Assembly (NCBI GenBank): GCA_963777605.1
Contig: CAVZRV010000010.1
Span: forward strand, 1-64,000
Source of the DNA: an uncultured Acidobacteriota bacterium
GTDB taxonomy: Bacteria; Acidobacteriota; UBA6911; RPQK01; JAPXNP01
DNA length: 64,000 nucleotides
Reading direction: 5' to 3'
In this document: piece after piece, positions 51,713 to 61,770 of the stretch
Position numbering within the stretch: the first letter of the stretch is position 1
Layout of the letters: the number at the start of each line of letters is the position of its first letter
The notes under the pieces: generated by a model
The model's database searches: none
What the model was told of the DNA's origin: nothing
Seen by the model: only the letters and a program-made list of their open reading frames with translations
Made by a program: the position numbers and the translations under genes

Positions 51713-52162
51713 GAGCCCCTTCCCTCCTGATCCTGTTTCTGTTCGAACGCCGGATTCCCCGGGCCTTGGAAGACACCGAAGCCCGTCGCAAACCAGCGTC
51801 AGGATGCACGAGCGGTTTGGGCAAGTCAAGATGTTCCCCGCCCTTCGCAAGGAGAGTTGGAGAGCGAAGTTCCAGGGATGCAGGCACGGGGATGAACGCA
51901 CCCTGCGGATTCATTCGGAGTGATCGACGTCGAAACGACGCTCAGCTCGCAGCGCCCCGAAAACCTGTATAGTGTCAACGAATTCTTGCGCAGTGTAAAC
52001 AAAATCAGTGACAGTTGGTCGCTTTCAGGGTGTCAGTCTGGCCGTGTACCGTTGACAAACTTACAAAAATGTCGAAAATAGTGTTTCATCGCCAATGAGA
52101 GAAAAAGCACAGTCGTGCTCAATTACTAACGAGTTCGAAAATGGAGTTTTGAGAGAGGAGAA

Positions 52163-53581
52163 ATGATGGACGCAAAAGAAGTCGTGAAGTTAATTAAGGA
52201 TCGCGAGATCGAGGCAGTCGATTTTCGCTTCTGTGATCTGCCCGGGCTCTGGCAGCATTTCACCGCCAACCCGAAACACGTGGACGAAGCCAGCTTCGAA
52301 GAAGGCTGGGGGTTCGACGGCTCGAGCATTCGGGGATTCCAGCAGATCCAGGAAAGCGACATGCTGCTCTTCCCCGATCCGAACACGGCATTCGAAGATC
52401 CCTTTTCCGAGCACCGAACGCTCGTCCTGGTCTGCAATGTAGGTGATCCGGTAACCGGTGAACCCTACTCGCGGGATCCGCGTTACATCACCAAGAAAGC
52501 GGAGCAGTACCTGCTCTCGACCGGGATTGCAGATACCGCCTATTTTGGCCCGGAACCTGAGTTCTTCGTCTTCGATGACGTACGGTTCGAACAGACCTAC
52601 AACCGGGCCTCCTACTTTGTCGACTCGGTGGAAGGCTTCTGGAACAGCGCCCGGCAGGAAGATCCCAACCTGGGCTACAAGCCGCGCTACAAGGAAGGCT
52701 ACTTCCCGGTTCCGCCCATGGACACGCTCCAGAACATGAGAACCGAGATGATGCAGGTCCTGGAACAGATCGGGATCGAAGTCGAAATCCACCACCACGA
52801 GGTGGCGACCGCCGGTCAGTGCGAGATCGACATGCGCTTCGATTCCATGCTGTCGATGGCGGATAAGCTGCTGAAGTTCAAGTATGTCATTAAGAACGTT
52901 GCCCGGCGCCATAACAAGACGGCTACCCTGATGCCGAAGCCTATCTTTCAGGACAACGGCTCCGGCATGCACTGCCACCAGAGCCTCTGGAAGGGGGGCA
53001 AGAATCTTTTCTACCAGGCCGGCACCTATGCCGATCTGAGCCAGGAAGCCGTTTATTACATCGGCGGCCTGCTCAAGCACGCCGGTTCCCTGCTGGCGTT
53101 CTGCGCCCCGACCACCAACTCCTACCGCCGCCTGGTCCCGGGTTACGAGGCACCGATCAACCTGATCTACTCGATGAGAAATCGGAGCGCCTGCGTACGC
53201 ATCCCGGCCTACAGCCGTAGCGAAAAGGCCAAGCGTGTCGAGTTCCGCTGCCCCGACCCTTCGGCTAATGGATACCTGGCCTTTGCGGCCATGTTGATGG
53301 CCGGTCTCGATGGGATCCAGAACAAGATCATGCCTCCCGATCCCATGGACAAGGACCTCTATGATCTGGAAGCGGAAGATTTTGCCAAGGTGAAATCGAC
53401 ACCGGGTTCCCTGGCCGAGTCTCTGGACATGCTGGAACAAGATCATGACTATCTCCTCAAGGGAGACGTTTTCACGCCTGATGTGATCGAGAACTGGATC
53501 AACTACAAGCGCAAGCACGAAGTCGATGCGATTCGGCTCCGCCCGCATCCGCATGAATTCGCTCTCTACTACGACATCTAG
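52163..53581 (+). CDS. glnA: Glutamine synthetase type I
   Basis: [41 protein letters not shown], adenylylation site KDLYDL. Confidence 0.98.
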   Translation: MMDAKEVVKLIKDREIEAVDFRFCDLPGLWQHFTANPKHVDEASFEEGWGFDGSSIRGFQQIQESDMLLFPDPNTAFEDPFSEHRTLVLVCNVGDPVTGEPYSRDPRYITKKAEQYLLSTGIADTAYFGPEPEFFVFDDVRFEQTYNRASYFVDSVEGFWNSARQEDPNLGYKPRYKEGYFPVPPMDTLQNMRTEMMQVLEQIGIEVEIHHHEVATAGQCEIDMRFDSMLSMADKLLKFKYVIKNVARRHNKTATLMPKPIFQDNGSGMHCHQSLWKGGKNLFYQAGTYADLSQEAVYYIGGLLKHAGSLLAFCAPTTNSYRRLVPGYEAPINLIYSMRNRSACVRIPAYSRSEKAKRVEFRCPDPSANGYLAFAAMLMAGLDGIQNKIMPPDPMDKDLYDLEAEDFAKVKSTPGSLAESLDMLEQDHDYLLKGDVFTPDVIENWINYKRKHEVDAIRLRPHPHEFALYYDI

Positions 53582-53599
53582 GCTGTATACCTGGTCATT

Positions 53600-53633
53600 G
53601 GGAGGGGCGGGACTATTGGATTCCGCCCCTCCC
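53600..53633 (+). terminator. GC hairpin after glnA (terminator or mRNA-stabilising)
   Basis: GGGAGGGGCGG/CCGCCCCTCCC 11-bp stem; no U-tract. Confidence 0.5.
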
Positions 53634-53745
53634 GAAGCGATCCCCCAACAACTATTCCCCCTCTCCCGCCAAAATTGGGATCGGGAATCCCTCCCTGATC
53701 CCCCTCTGACGAGAGATCCGTCAATTCAGTACAATCTCGAGTGCC

Positions 53746-56718
53746 ATGAAGGCTCGCGATCTATTTTTGGCCCCGGAACTCCAGCCTCAGGAAATCAGCG
53801 ATTTCCTGGCCGCTCACGGATTTGCCAACCCGGCGCGAGCCGATGAACACCTGCAGCAGATTGTCCGGTTGATCGAAGATCCCGAACGGCTGGCACGGAT
53901 GGCCGACAACCTCTTGGGAGAACTCTCGAGTTCGGTCGATCCCGACGCCGGCGTGCGACACCTCGAGGCCTTCCTTGAATCGGTTCCGAGCCCGGTCAAT
54001 CTCCTTGCGCTACTGGAAGACAGTCCCCGGGCACTCGAGATTCTGGCGGGGATCCTGGGAGCTTCTCCATATCTCACCCAATCGCTGATCCGCAACCCGG
54101 AGTACTTCTACTGGCTGATCGAGAGAAGCCGCCTTCAGCAGATAGTCGACTTTGACTACTTTCGGAGCGAAGCCGAAGCGGCAACCCGGCCTTTCCCGAC
54201 CGACTCATCCGCTGCACTGGAGGCGCTGCGACGCCTGCGACGGCGGGAGTCATTGCGGATCGGGGCGCAGGACATGCTCGGCCTTGCCACGATGCAGGAC
54301 ACCGTCGCCCAGATTTCGGACCTGGCCGGAGCCCTGCTCGACGAGACTCTGCGCGTGGTCGCGGGAAACCGAAGTGAACCGGTCAAGGGATTTACTGTTA
54401 TCGGGCTTGGGAAACTGGGTGGAAGGGAACTCAATTTCAGTTCGGACGTTGACCTGATTTTCGTTTTCGAGGATTCCTCCGAGCGCGACCGCATGACCCG
54501 TCTCGCCAAAGACTATACCCGCACGCTGGGTGAGTTCACCGGTGAAGGTCACTTGTTCAGAGTCGATCTCAGGTTGCGGCCCATGGGCAAGGCGGGAGAG
54601 ATCGCCTATTCACTCGACGCCTGCACGCAGTACTACCAGACGTGGGCCGACACGACCGATCGGCTTGCATTGCTCAAGTCCCGCCCGGTCGCCGGCGACA
54701 TTGATCTCGGAGAACGGTTCCAGGCCATGGCCCAGGAGGTCGTCTACAAGAAATACCTGGACCATGCCGCTGTAGAAGAGATCCGGTGGATCAAGAAGCG
54801 CACCGATGACGCTCTCCGGAAGAAGCGACAAAGCCGGACCCACGTCAAGCTGGGCTTGGGCGGAATTCGGGAGATCGAGTTCTTTGCCCAGTCCTTCCAG
54901 CTCCTGTACGGGGGGGTGCAGGAAGAACTGCGCACTCCCTCGACTCTTCCAGCTCTGAACCGGCTCCTCGACCTGGGGTTCATCGGCCAGGGAGAATTTC
55001 AGGCCCTCCGTTCAGCCTACCTCTTTCTGAGGGATCTCGAGCACAAGCTTCAGCTCGTCAATGATCTGCAGACTCATTCCCTGCCCGAAGAGGAGTCTGA
55101 ACTGGTCCGGTGTGCCCGCCGGATGGGATATCGCCCCCGCCCGGGAGAGCCTTGGAATTCTGTCGTCGAAGACTTCAAGAACGACCTCAATTCTTTCAAT
55201 CTAAAGGTTCGCCAGATATTCGATTCTCTCTTCGAGGATTCGCACGAAGAGCGAGATCTGGGTGAGGTCGTGCTGAACAGTTCGCTCGACCCTCAAGTGG
55301 CCCTGGAGCGGCTTCGCCAGAGAGGTGTTGATGACCCGGAACCGGTCCTGGAAGGAATTCAACTCCTATCGCAGGCCCCTTCGTTCCCGTACTCTCCCAC
55401 CCGGGTGCGAAATTTGCTCGCAAACCTGGTTCCCGTGCTCGTAGAAGAGGTCCGCTTTGCACCCCACCCCCGGGAAATCTTCAGCCGACTGGATCGCTTT
55501 TGCGAGTCTCTCAATGCCCGGGTGCCGCTCTACACCGAACTGATCGAGAATCCTGCCTTCGCCACCCGGTTCGTGACCCTCCTTTCACTTGGCGAGGACC
55601 TGGCTGAAACGCTGATCCGCTTTCCCGAACTGCTTGATAGCGTCGTGCGCCCTGCTGATCCTGCGGATCCAGCAACGGTGATCGAAGCGTTCCTCTCAGA
55701 CCAGGCCAAGGCCGGAACTCCCCGGCGCGAAGCCCTTCGAATATTCAAGCAGCGGAAGGAAGTCAAGGTCGCCATCGGCGAACTCGACCGCCCTGGCGGA
55801 ACTCAGGGGCGACTGACTCTCTCTCGACTCGCGGAGGCCTGCCTGGGCGTCGCCTGGAATGAGGCGATGGACCGCTTCCCGGCCCTGCTCGATGCCCCAT
55901 GCGCCCTGATTGCGCTGGGAAAACTCGGGGGACGGGAGTTGGCCTTCCACTCCGACCTGGACCTTGTATTCCTGCTCGACGACAGTCGCTGGGATCGATC
56001 ACTGGATCCGCTTTTCGAAGCTTTGAAATTCCTTCGGGATGATCTGCACGAATACACGCCGGCCGGTCGGGCCTACGAGATCGATTTCAGACTGCGTCCC
56101 GAGGGACGTCACGCAGGTGAAGTTGTTCCCCTCTCCCGCTTTCTGGAGTACTTCACGGACCGGCTCGAGCCTTGGGAGCGCCTGGCCTGGGTGAAGGCCC
56201 GGCAGGTCCTCGGAAACGCATTCGAACTGGATCTCGAAACACTCGTCTTTCGTTCCGTCCCCTTCACCGAAGAGGAAACAGCGTCTCTGAGGCATGTCCG
56301 AAAACGGAAAGAACTGGAAATCGGGAAAGAAGGTGGTCAGGACTGGTACGATTTTAAAGTCGGCCGGGGAGCCCTTCTCGACCTCCAGTTCCTGGTTCAA
56401 TATCTTCAAGTTCAGAGTAATATTCCTTCAACTAACCTACTGTCAGCTATTGATAAATTGAACACATCGGTTATCCTTTCCGATTCCCATTGCTCCCGGA
56501 TCCGGGAAGCAGTGCATTTCTACTATTCCCTCGAGATGCTGAAAGACCTTGAGGGAGAACGTTTCCCGGGACGACTGCGCCGGAGTCCGGATGAAAACCG
56601 AATGACAGCCCACCTGCTGGGATACGAGCAGCCGGCTCAGTTGGTCTCCCGGTACGAGGAGATCAGCCAATCGGTCCGCGCCCTTTACCATGAAGTTCTG
56701 GGTGCCGAAAAATCGTAA
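53746..56718 (+). CDS. glnE: Bifunctional glutamine synthetase adenylyltransferase/adenylyl-removing enzyme
   Basis: Two nucleotidyltransferase halves: GLGKLGGRELNFSSDVDL..RVDLRLRPMG..KLGLGGIREIEF and ALGKLGGRELAFHSDLDL..IDFRLRPEG. Confidence 0.93.
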   Translation: MKARDLFLAPELQPQEISDFLAAHGFANPARADEHLQQIVRLIEDPERLARMADNLLGELSSSVDPDAGVRHLEAFLESVPSPVNLLALLEDSPRALEILAGILGASPYLTQSLIRNPEYFYWLIERSRLQQIVDFDYFRSEAEAATRPFPTDSSAALEALRRLRRRESLRIGAQDMLGLATMQDTVAQISDLAGALLDETLRVVAGNRSEPVKGFTVIGLGKLGGRELNFSSDVDLIFVFEDSSERDRMTRLAKDYTRTLGEFTGEGHLFRVDLRLRPMGKAGEIAYSLDACTQYYQTWADTTDRLALLKSRPVAGDIDLGERFQAMAQEVVYKKYLDHAAVEEIRWIKKRTDDALRKKRQSRTHVKLGLGGIREIEFFAQSFQLLYGGVQEELRTPSTLPALNRLLDLGFIGQGEFQALRSAYLFLRDLEHKLQLVNDLQTHSLPEEESELVRCARRMGYRPRPGEPWNSVVEDFKNDLNSFNLKVRQIFDSLFEDSHEERDLGEVVLNSSLDPQVALERLRQRGVDDPEPVLEGIQLLSQAPSFPYSPTRVRNLLANLVPVLVEEVRFAPHPREIFSRLDRFCESLNARVPLYTELIENPAFATRFVTLLSLGEDLAETLIRFPELLDSVVRPADPADPATVIEAFLSDQAKAGTPRREALRIFKQRKEVKVAIGELDRPGGTQGRLTLSRLAEACLGVAWNEAMDRFPALLDAPCALIALGKLGGRELAFHSDLDLVFLLDDSRWDRSLDPLFEALKFLRDDLHEYTPAGRAYEIDFRLRPEGRHAGEVVPLSRFLEYFTDRLEPWERLAWVKARQVLGNAFELDLETLVFRSVPFTEEETASLRHVRKRKELEIGKEGGQDWYDFKVGRGALLDLQFLVQYLQVQSNIPSTNLLSAIDKLNTSVILSDSHCSRIREAVHFYYSLEMLKDLEGERFPGRLRRSPDENRMTAHLLGYEQPAQLVSRYEEISQSVRALYHEVLGAEKS

Positions 56719-56875
56719 CCGGGCCCCCGCGGATGGACGCTGTGTAGGCAATTCCACCCAGAAGACTGGAGACTGGAGTCAAAGAAAAATCGCGCGCGTC
56801 GCGTTCGATCGCGGGCAACCGCCAGGACCAGTCCCGCCTGGGGGGGCGGAATCCTGGCTCCCCTGACTCGGCACA

Positions 56876-57208
56876 CTAGAGAACGTCGCGCTCTCCGGTT
56901 CGGATGTTGTAGCCCTCTTCGACCGGCAGGATAAACACCCGGCCATCGCCGATTTCGCCGGTGCGGCAGGTTACCATGACGGTGCGAATCACTTCGTCCA
57001 CCATGTCGTCCGGAAGAACCAGTTCCACCTTGATTTTCGGGAGCAGGCTGACGCTGTACTCCTTTCCACGATAGATCGCGGTGTGACCTTTCTGGCGCCC
57101 ATGACCTCGGACCTCGGTCACGGTCATCCCGGTAATGTGCATTTTCGCCAGTGCGTCCTTGATTTCTTCAACCTTGCTTGGCCGAACTATTGCCATGACC
57201 AATTTCAT
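56876..57208 (-). CDS. glnB: Nitrogen regulatory protein P-II
   Basis: GHGRQKG..YRGKEY (Tyr51 present), TGEIGDGRVF. Confidence 0.93.
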   Translation of the reverse strand: MKLVMAIVRPSKVEEIKDALAKMHITGMTVTEVRGHGRQKGHTAIYRGKEYSVSLLPKIKVELVLPDDMVDEVIRTVMVTCRTGEIGDGRVFILPVEEGYNIRTGERDVL

Positions 57209-57273
57209 GTTCAGATTCCATCCTGGAGCGGGTAGAGTGAAAGATTGTCTCGCGTTGCCGCGTTTCTGTCGGG

Positions 57274-59748
57274 CTAGCTCTGCTCGATCTCTTTCTTGAT
57301 CCTTTCAGTCAGGTTTGACTTGGACTCTGGAGAAAGTTTACCTCCCTGGTGACTCAAATAAAAGACATCGACGGCCTTGTCCCCTTCGGTCGAGATGATG
57401 GCAAAGTCAATATCGCATGCCAGCGCCGCGATTTCGGTGCTGATTCGATGGAGGAGACCGATCGCGTCCGGCGCAATGATCTCCATGATCGTGTAGCGAT
57501 CCGAGTGCTCGTCCTCGAAATAGAGGCTTGGAGCGAACCGGGGTGTCGTGCGACGAAATAGAGGACTCTCCTCTTTTCCCCGAATCAACTTCTGGACCGA
57601 GACCTGGTCGGCAACGGTCTTGCGCAGGAGTTCCAGAAAACGATCCCGTTCCTCAGTGTGCCGGAACGCCCGTCGCTCGTCAGAGAAATGGAAGATGTCG
57701 AGGATGGTCTGGCGCCGGTTGGCAAAGGCAAAGCCGCGCAGGATGTTCATCTCGAAGTAGGAGAGCAGGCCGACAATCTTGGCGAATAGGCGCTTCCGAT
57801 CCGGGGTGATTACACAGAGCTCATAGAAAGTCTTGCGCTTCTTGAGCAGGGTTTCGACCGGATTTTCAGGGCTGATCCGGCTGGACATTCGGCAGTGTTC
57901 GTAGATCACGTCCGGAGGAGTAGTGCGGAGGTAGCGAATCGGAAACCCTTCCAGAAAACGCTCAAAATCCTCCGGGTCCAAGTCGGGTTCAAGCTTTCTG
58001 ATCAGCTTGTCTCCGATGTCCTCCTCCTCGATCTTCTCTTCCCCGTACTCCAAGGTCAGCTTCCGGTAGGTCTCCAGATATAGCTGCCAGAGGAGGTCCT
58101 TTTTCCAGTCATTGAGGGTCCCGGGAGCAACCGCCTTGATGTCGGCATAGGTGAGCAAAGTCAGGAGACGGAGCTTCTCCGGGTCCTGAACGAGGTCGGC
58201 AAACCGGTTGATGATCTGGTCATCTTCGAGGTCCCGCCGAAAGATCACCGCAGACATTGAAAGATGCTCGCGGATCAGGAAGTTGACCTGCTCAATCGCC
58301 TGCCGGTCAAAACGAAAGCGCCGCAACGCCCGGGAAGCCATCCGAGCGCTCTCCTTGGCGTGCATTCCTTCCCGGCTCTTGCCGACGTCGTGAAGAAGCA
58401 ACGCCAGGATCAGCAGTTCCGGGCCGACCGAATCGCTGAGTACAGCTGCAAACCGTTGATCCGCCGAAGCCTCTCCGGTTGCAAGATCCTCTATCGCCTT
58501 GATTGCGATAAGAGTGTGCTCGTCAACCGTGTACTTGTGGTAGAAGTCCCGGATCATCCGCGCCTTGATGGTGCTGAATTCAGGAAAGAGGAGTTCGAGA
58601 ACTCCCAGTTGATACATCTCCGAAAGGAGACGATAGAGCCCACTTCTGGGGCACATCAGATCGGAGACCTGTTCACATAGCTCGGGGTGATGGATTCGAG
58701 TCTCGAGTTCTGGAACCGTCTTCAGGATAGTGGCGCGGGCCTTGGCTCCCAGGGGACGCCCTTCGTTCTCCGAATGAGCAAAGGCTTCTAGAATTCCGGA
58801 AGCGGTTCCCAGGCTGGGAAGCTCTTCCAGGTCGAGCGGTCGAGCCGAGTCACGCGGATGGGACGCGTGTAAAAGCGATGCACAGAAACCCGATACTACG
58901 CGCGCATTTAGAAAGTATTTCTTCATCAATGACTCGACCTCGGTCCGGGTATTCTGGCCGTGATAACCGAAGTGCGGAGCCAGTTGCTCCTGGAGTTCGT
59001 GGGTAAGCCGGTTGTCGGTTTTGCCGTGTTTCAGGTGGATGAGGATGCGCAGTTTCTTGATCATCCGGTGCGCAGCCTGGATTTCGTTGGCACTGTGCGG
59101 AAGAAAGGGGGGATCACCCGCGAGCCTCTTCAACCAGGTGGCCGCCAGATAGTCCCGGAGCCCTCCAGGAGCTTCTTTGACGTCCGGCTCGAGCTGGAAG
59201 ATTGTGTTGTTGAATTTCTCGTGCCGTTGCCGGACGAGGCGGACGATTTCGTCAATTAACTGCTGTCGATGACTTTCGATGAAGTCAGGGAGGATCCTCT
59301 CCATGATCGCCTCGGCGATGGCGGTGTCTCCCGCAATGTAACGAGCATTGAAGAGGGCCAGGACGAACTCGAGATCACTCATCTTAAGGGTCTTGAAATC
59401 CGCCATACTCCAGACCTGATGGCCCAGGACCAGCCGGCAATCCCAAAGCAGGTTGAGAAACGGCCCGATGATTCCTTCCGCCTGGCTCTTCCGGGGAAAA
59501 TCGTGAACGATAAGCAGATCGACATCCGACTGGGGAAACTGCTCGCGCCTCCCATAGCCCGCTGTCGCCAGCACCGCGAATTTGCCGATCTCCAGGAAGG
59601 GCTGGGAGAGTTGGCAAACAAGCTGATCCACGAGTTCGGTGTGATCCGCGAGGAAGCGTTCCGCATCACCCTCTTCGAGGAAACTATTCTCGATTGCTTT
59701 CTGTTTCGAGGCGAATTCCTGGCGAACTTCGGAGGTCCCTTGGAGCAT
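57274..59748 (-). CDS. glnD: [Protein-PII] uridylyltransferase
   Basis: GYGRREQFPQSDVDL, LEPDVKEAPGGLRD, HKYTVDEHT, LLHDVGK, two C-terminal ACT domains. Confidence 0.93.
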   Translation of the reverse strand: MLQGTSEVRQEFASKQKAIENSFLEEGDAERFLADHTELVDQLVCQLSQPFLEIGKFAVLATAGYGRREQFPQSDVDLLIVHDFPRKSQAEGIIGPFLNLLWDCRLVLGHQVWSMADFKTLKMSDLEFVLALFNARYIAGDTAIAEAIMERILPDFIESHRQQLIDEIVRLVRQRHEKFNNTIFQLEPDVKEAPGGLRDYLAATWLKRLAGDPPFLPHSANEIQAAHRMIKKLRILIHLKHGKTDNRLTHELQEQLAPHFGYHGQNTRTEVESLMKKYFLNARVVSGFCASLLHASHPRDSARPLDLEELPSLGTASGILEAFAHSENEGRPLGAKARATILKTVPELETRIHHPELCEQVSDLMCPRSGLYRLLSEMYQLGVLELLFPEFSTIKARMIRDFYHKYTVDEHTLIAIKAIEDLATGEASADQRFAAVLSDSVGPELLILALLLHDVGKSREGMHAKESARMASRALRRFRFDRQAIEQVNFLIREHLSMSAVIFRRDLEDDQIINRFADLVQDPEKLRLLTLLTYADIKAVAPGTLNDWKKDLLWQLYLETYRKLTLEYGEEKIEEEDIGDKLIRKLEPDLDPEDFERFLEGFPIRYLRTTPPDVIYEHCRMSSRISPENPVETLLKKRKTFYELCVITPDRKRLFAKIVGLLSYFEMNILRGFAFANRRQTILDIFHFSDERRAFRHTEERDRFLELLRKTVADQVSVQKLIRGKEESPLFRRTTPRFAPSLYFEDEHSDRYTIMEIIAPDAIGLLHRISTEIAALACDIDFAIISTEGDKAVDVFYLSHQGGKLSPESKSNLTERIKKEIEQS

Positions 59749-59798
59749 TTAACACAGAATCTTAATTCAACGCCCCCTCGAGAACCAAACTCATCAAC

Positions 59799-59828
59799 TT
59801 GACTTCGAGACGCGCAAGCGCCTAGGCT
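59799..59828 (+). promoter_or_regulatory. Sigma70-like promoter for the cimA leader
   Basis: TTGACT-N18-TAGGCT; an alternative -10 TATGAT lies at 59830-59835. Confidence 0.4.
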
Positions 59829-59839
59829 ATATGATCGAA

Positions 59840-59971
59840 ATGCGGGACGAGAGCAGAGTTCAGCAGTCTGGACAACCTTTCCGGCGAGACATTGAGTCGG
59901 CCGGTGGAGCCTCGTACGCTTTTGAGATTCAGATTATCGGCATTATTAGCATTCCTTCCGCCGGGTTCTAG
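59840..59971 (+). CDS. Ile-rich leader peptide upstream of cimA (43 aa; 46 aa from ATG 59831)
   Basis: MRDESRVQQSGQPFRRDIESAGGASYAFEIQIIGIISIPSAGF*: 6 Ile in 9 codons just before the stop, overlapping alternative hairpins. Confidence 0.7.
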   Translation: MRDESRVQQSGQPFRRDIESAGGASYAFEIQIIGIISIPSAGF

Positions 59972-60125
59972 CGGAAGGGTGGCGCACTCGAGCCTCCCCG
60001 CTTCCGCCCATCGAACCCGGAATCCCCAGCATTCCGATCCGGTTCCTTGCGTGGAGACAGGGCGCTTTCAGTCGCGCTGACGATTTAACGGATTCAGCAC
60101 CTGACGGGTAAGGAGTAGTGGGCTG

Positions 60126-61736
60126 ATGAGTGATGACAAAGTACTGATTTATGACTGTACCCTTCGAGATGGCACCCAGGGTGAGAATGTCTCCCTGAGC
60201 GTTCCCGACAAACTGAGGATCGCTGAGAAGCTGGACGAGTTTGGGATTCATTACATTGAGGGCGGCTGGCCGGGTTCGAACCCGAAAGATGCCGAGTTTT
60301 TCGACCGGGCGGCCAAGTCTACGTGGATCAACAGTCGGATCGCGGCCTTTGGCAGCACGAGGCACTGGAAATACCCGGCCGACCAGGATCCCAACCTGAA
60401 GGCCCTCCTCGACGCCCAGACCCCGACCGTGACCCTGGTCGGCAAGAGCTGGGACTTTCACGTCCACGAGGCACTGGGCATTGAACTCGACCAGAACCTC
60501 CAGATCGTTCGGGAAAGCGTCGAGTACCTGAAAGGCTTCGGCAAAGAAATCGTTTTCGATGCCGAGCATTTCTTCGACGGCTACCGGGCGAACCCGGGTT
60601 TCGCGCAGAGTGTCCTCGAGGCGGCGGCGGACGCCGGGGCCGACTGGATCGTCCTGTGTGACACCAACGGGGGCAGCCTTCCCTCCTTCGTCGAGAAGGT
60701 AACGCGCGAGATGTGCGGGCAATTTCCCAGGATCGGAATCCACACTCACAACGACAGCGAACTGGCGGTGGCCAATTCCCTGGTCGCCGTGGAAGCGGGA
60801 GCCCGGATGGTCCAGGGGTGCATGAACGGTTACGGAGAACGCGTGGGGAATGCCAACCTCACTTCGATCATTCCCAACCTGGAACTCAAGCTTGGAATGG
60901 AGTGCGTGGGACGCGAGCGGGTTCGAGGCCTGACCTCCCTGGCCTTCTTCGTCAGCGAGACTGCCAACGTAGCCATCTCCAACAACAGCCCCTACGTCGG
61001 CAAGAGTGCCTTCGCACACAAGGGCGGAATCCACGTCAGTGCCATTCTTAAGGACTCCCGGACCTACGAACATGTAGAGCCTGAGGAAGTGGGCAACAGC
61101 CGGCGTGTGCTCGTCTCCGACCTCTCGGGCAAGAGCAACCTGCTCTACAAGATTCGCGAATTCGGGGACATCGACCTGCAACAGCTCGACCTCCAGGCCC
61201 TGGTGCGAAACATCAAGAACATGGAGTACGAGGGTTACCAGTTTGAAGGCGCTGAGGCGAGCTTGAAGCTCATGGTCAACCACCATGTCGGGGGTGCCCG
61301 CCAGCCGTTCGATGTCAAGGGTTTCCGGGTAATCGTCGATCAGGTTGTGGACGGCGAATTCCTCAGCGAGGCGACCGTCAAGGTTTCGGTGGGTGAACAA
61401 CAGGAGCACACCGCCTCGGAGGGCAACGGTCCGGTCCACGCCCTCGACCAGGCAACGAAGAAAGCCCTGGCCCGCTTCTTCCCCGAGATCAACGGGATTC
61501 ACCTGACGGACTACAAGGTTCGCGTGCTCGATGCCAAGGAGGGTACCGCCGCCAAGGTCCGCGTCCTCATCGAGTCGACCGACGGGCTAGAGTCCTGGAC
61601 TACTGTCGGTGTCTCTTCCAACGTAATCGAAGCCAGCTGGCGGGCAATTATCGACAGTCTCCTTTACAAGCTGGTATTCCGGAAATCCTCGAACGCGAAT
61701 CCGAACCAGGGTGCTGTACAGGCAGAACGGGAATAG
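60126..61736 (+). CDS. cimA: (R)-citramalate synthase
   Basis: YDCTLRDGTQGE, YIEGGWPGSNPKD, FDAEHFFDG, HTHND, SAFAHKGGIH, GYQFEGAEAS and a C-terminal regulatory domain; CimA-type rather than canonical LeuA motifs. Confidence 0.88.
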   Translation: MSDDKVLIYDCTLRDGTQGENVSLSVPDKLRIAEKLDEFGIHYIEGGWPGSNPKDAEFFDRAAKSTWINSRIAAFGSTRHWKYPADQDPNLKALLDAQTPTVTLVGKSWDFHVHEALGIELDQNLQIVRESVEYLKGFGKEIVFDAEHFFDGYRANPGFAQSVLEAAADAGADWIVLCDTNGGSLPSFVEKVTREMCGQFPRIGIHTHNDSELAVANSLVAVEAGARMVQGCMNGYGERVGNANLTSIIPNLELKLGMECVGRERVRGLTSLAFFVSETANVAISNNSPYVGKSAFAHKGGIHVSAILKDSRTYEHVEPEEVGNSRRVLVSDLSGKSNLLYKIREFGDIDLQQLDLQALVRNIKNMEYEGYQFEGAEASLKLMVNHHVGGARQPFDVKGFRVIVDQVVDGEFLSEATVKVSVGEQQEHTASEGNGPVHALDQATKKALARFFPEINGIHLTDYKVRVLDAKEGTAAKVRVLIESTDGLESWTTVGVSSNVIEASWRAIIDSLLYKLVFRKSSNANPNQGAVQAERE

Positions 61737-61770
61737 CGAAGCATTCTGAACTGACGAGGAGAGCCCGCCC

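Noticed and set aside
51800-52160. Glutamine (glnA) riboswitch or sigma54 promoter upstream of glnA
   Set aside because: Some hairpins are present, but neither the riboswitch core motif nor a correctly spaced GG-N10-GC was found.
52190-53554. Long antisense ORFs (also 59946..61502, 45429..46925, 33287..34351, 13433..14401)
   Set aside because: They mirror well-supported genes and are expected from high-GC codon bias; no recognisable motifs.
59892-60080. 62-aa ORF upstream of cimA listed in the ORF track
   Set aside because: TTG start without SD and no family motif; the overlapping Ile-rich frame explains the region better.
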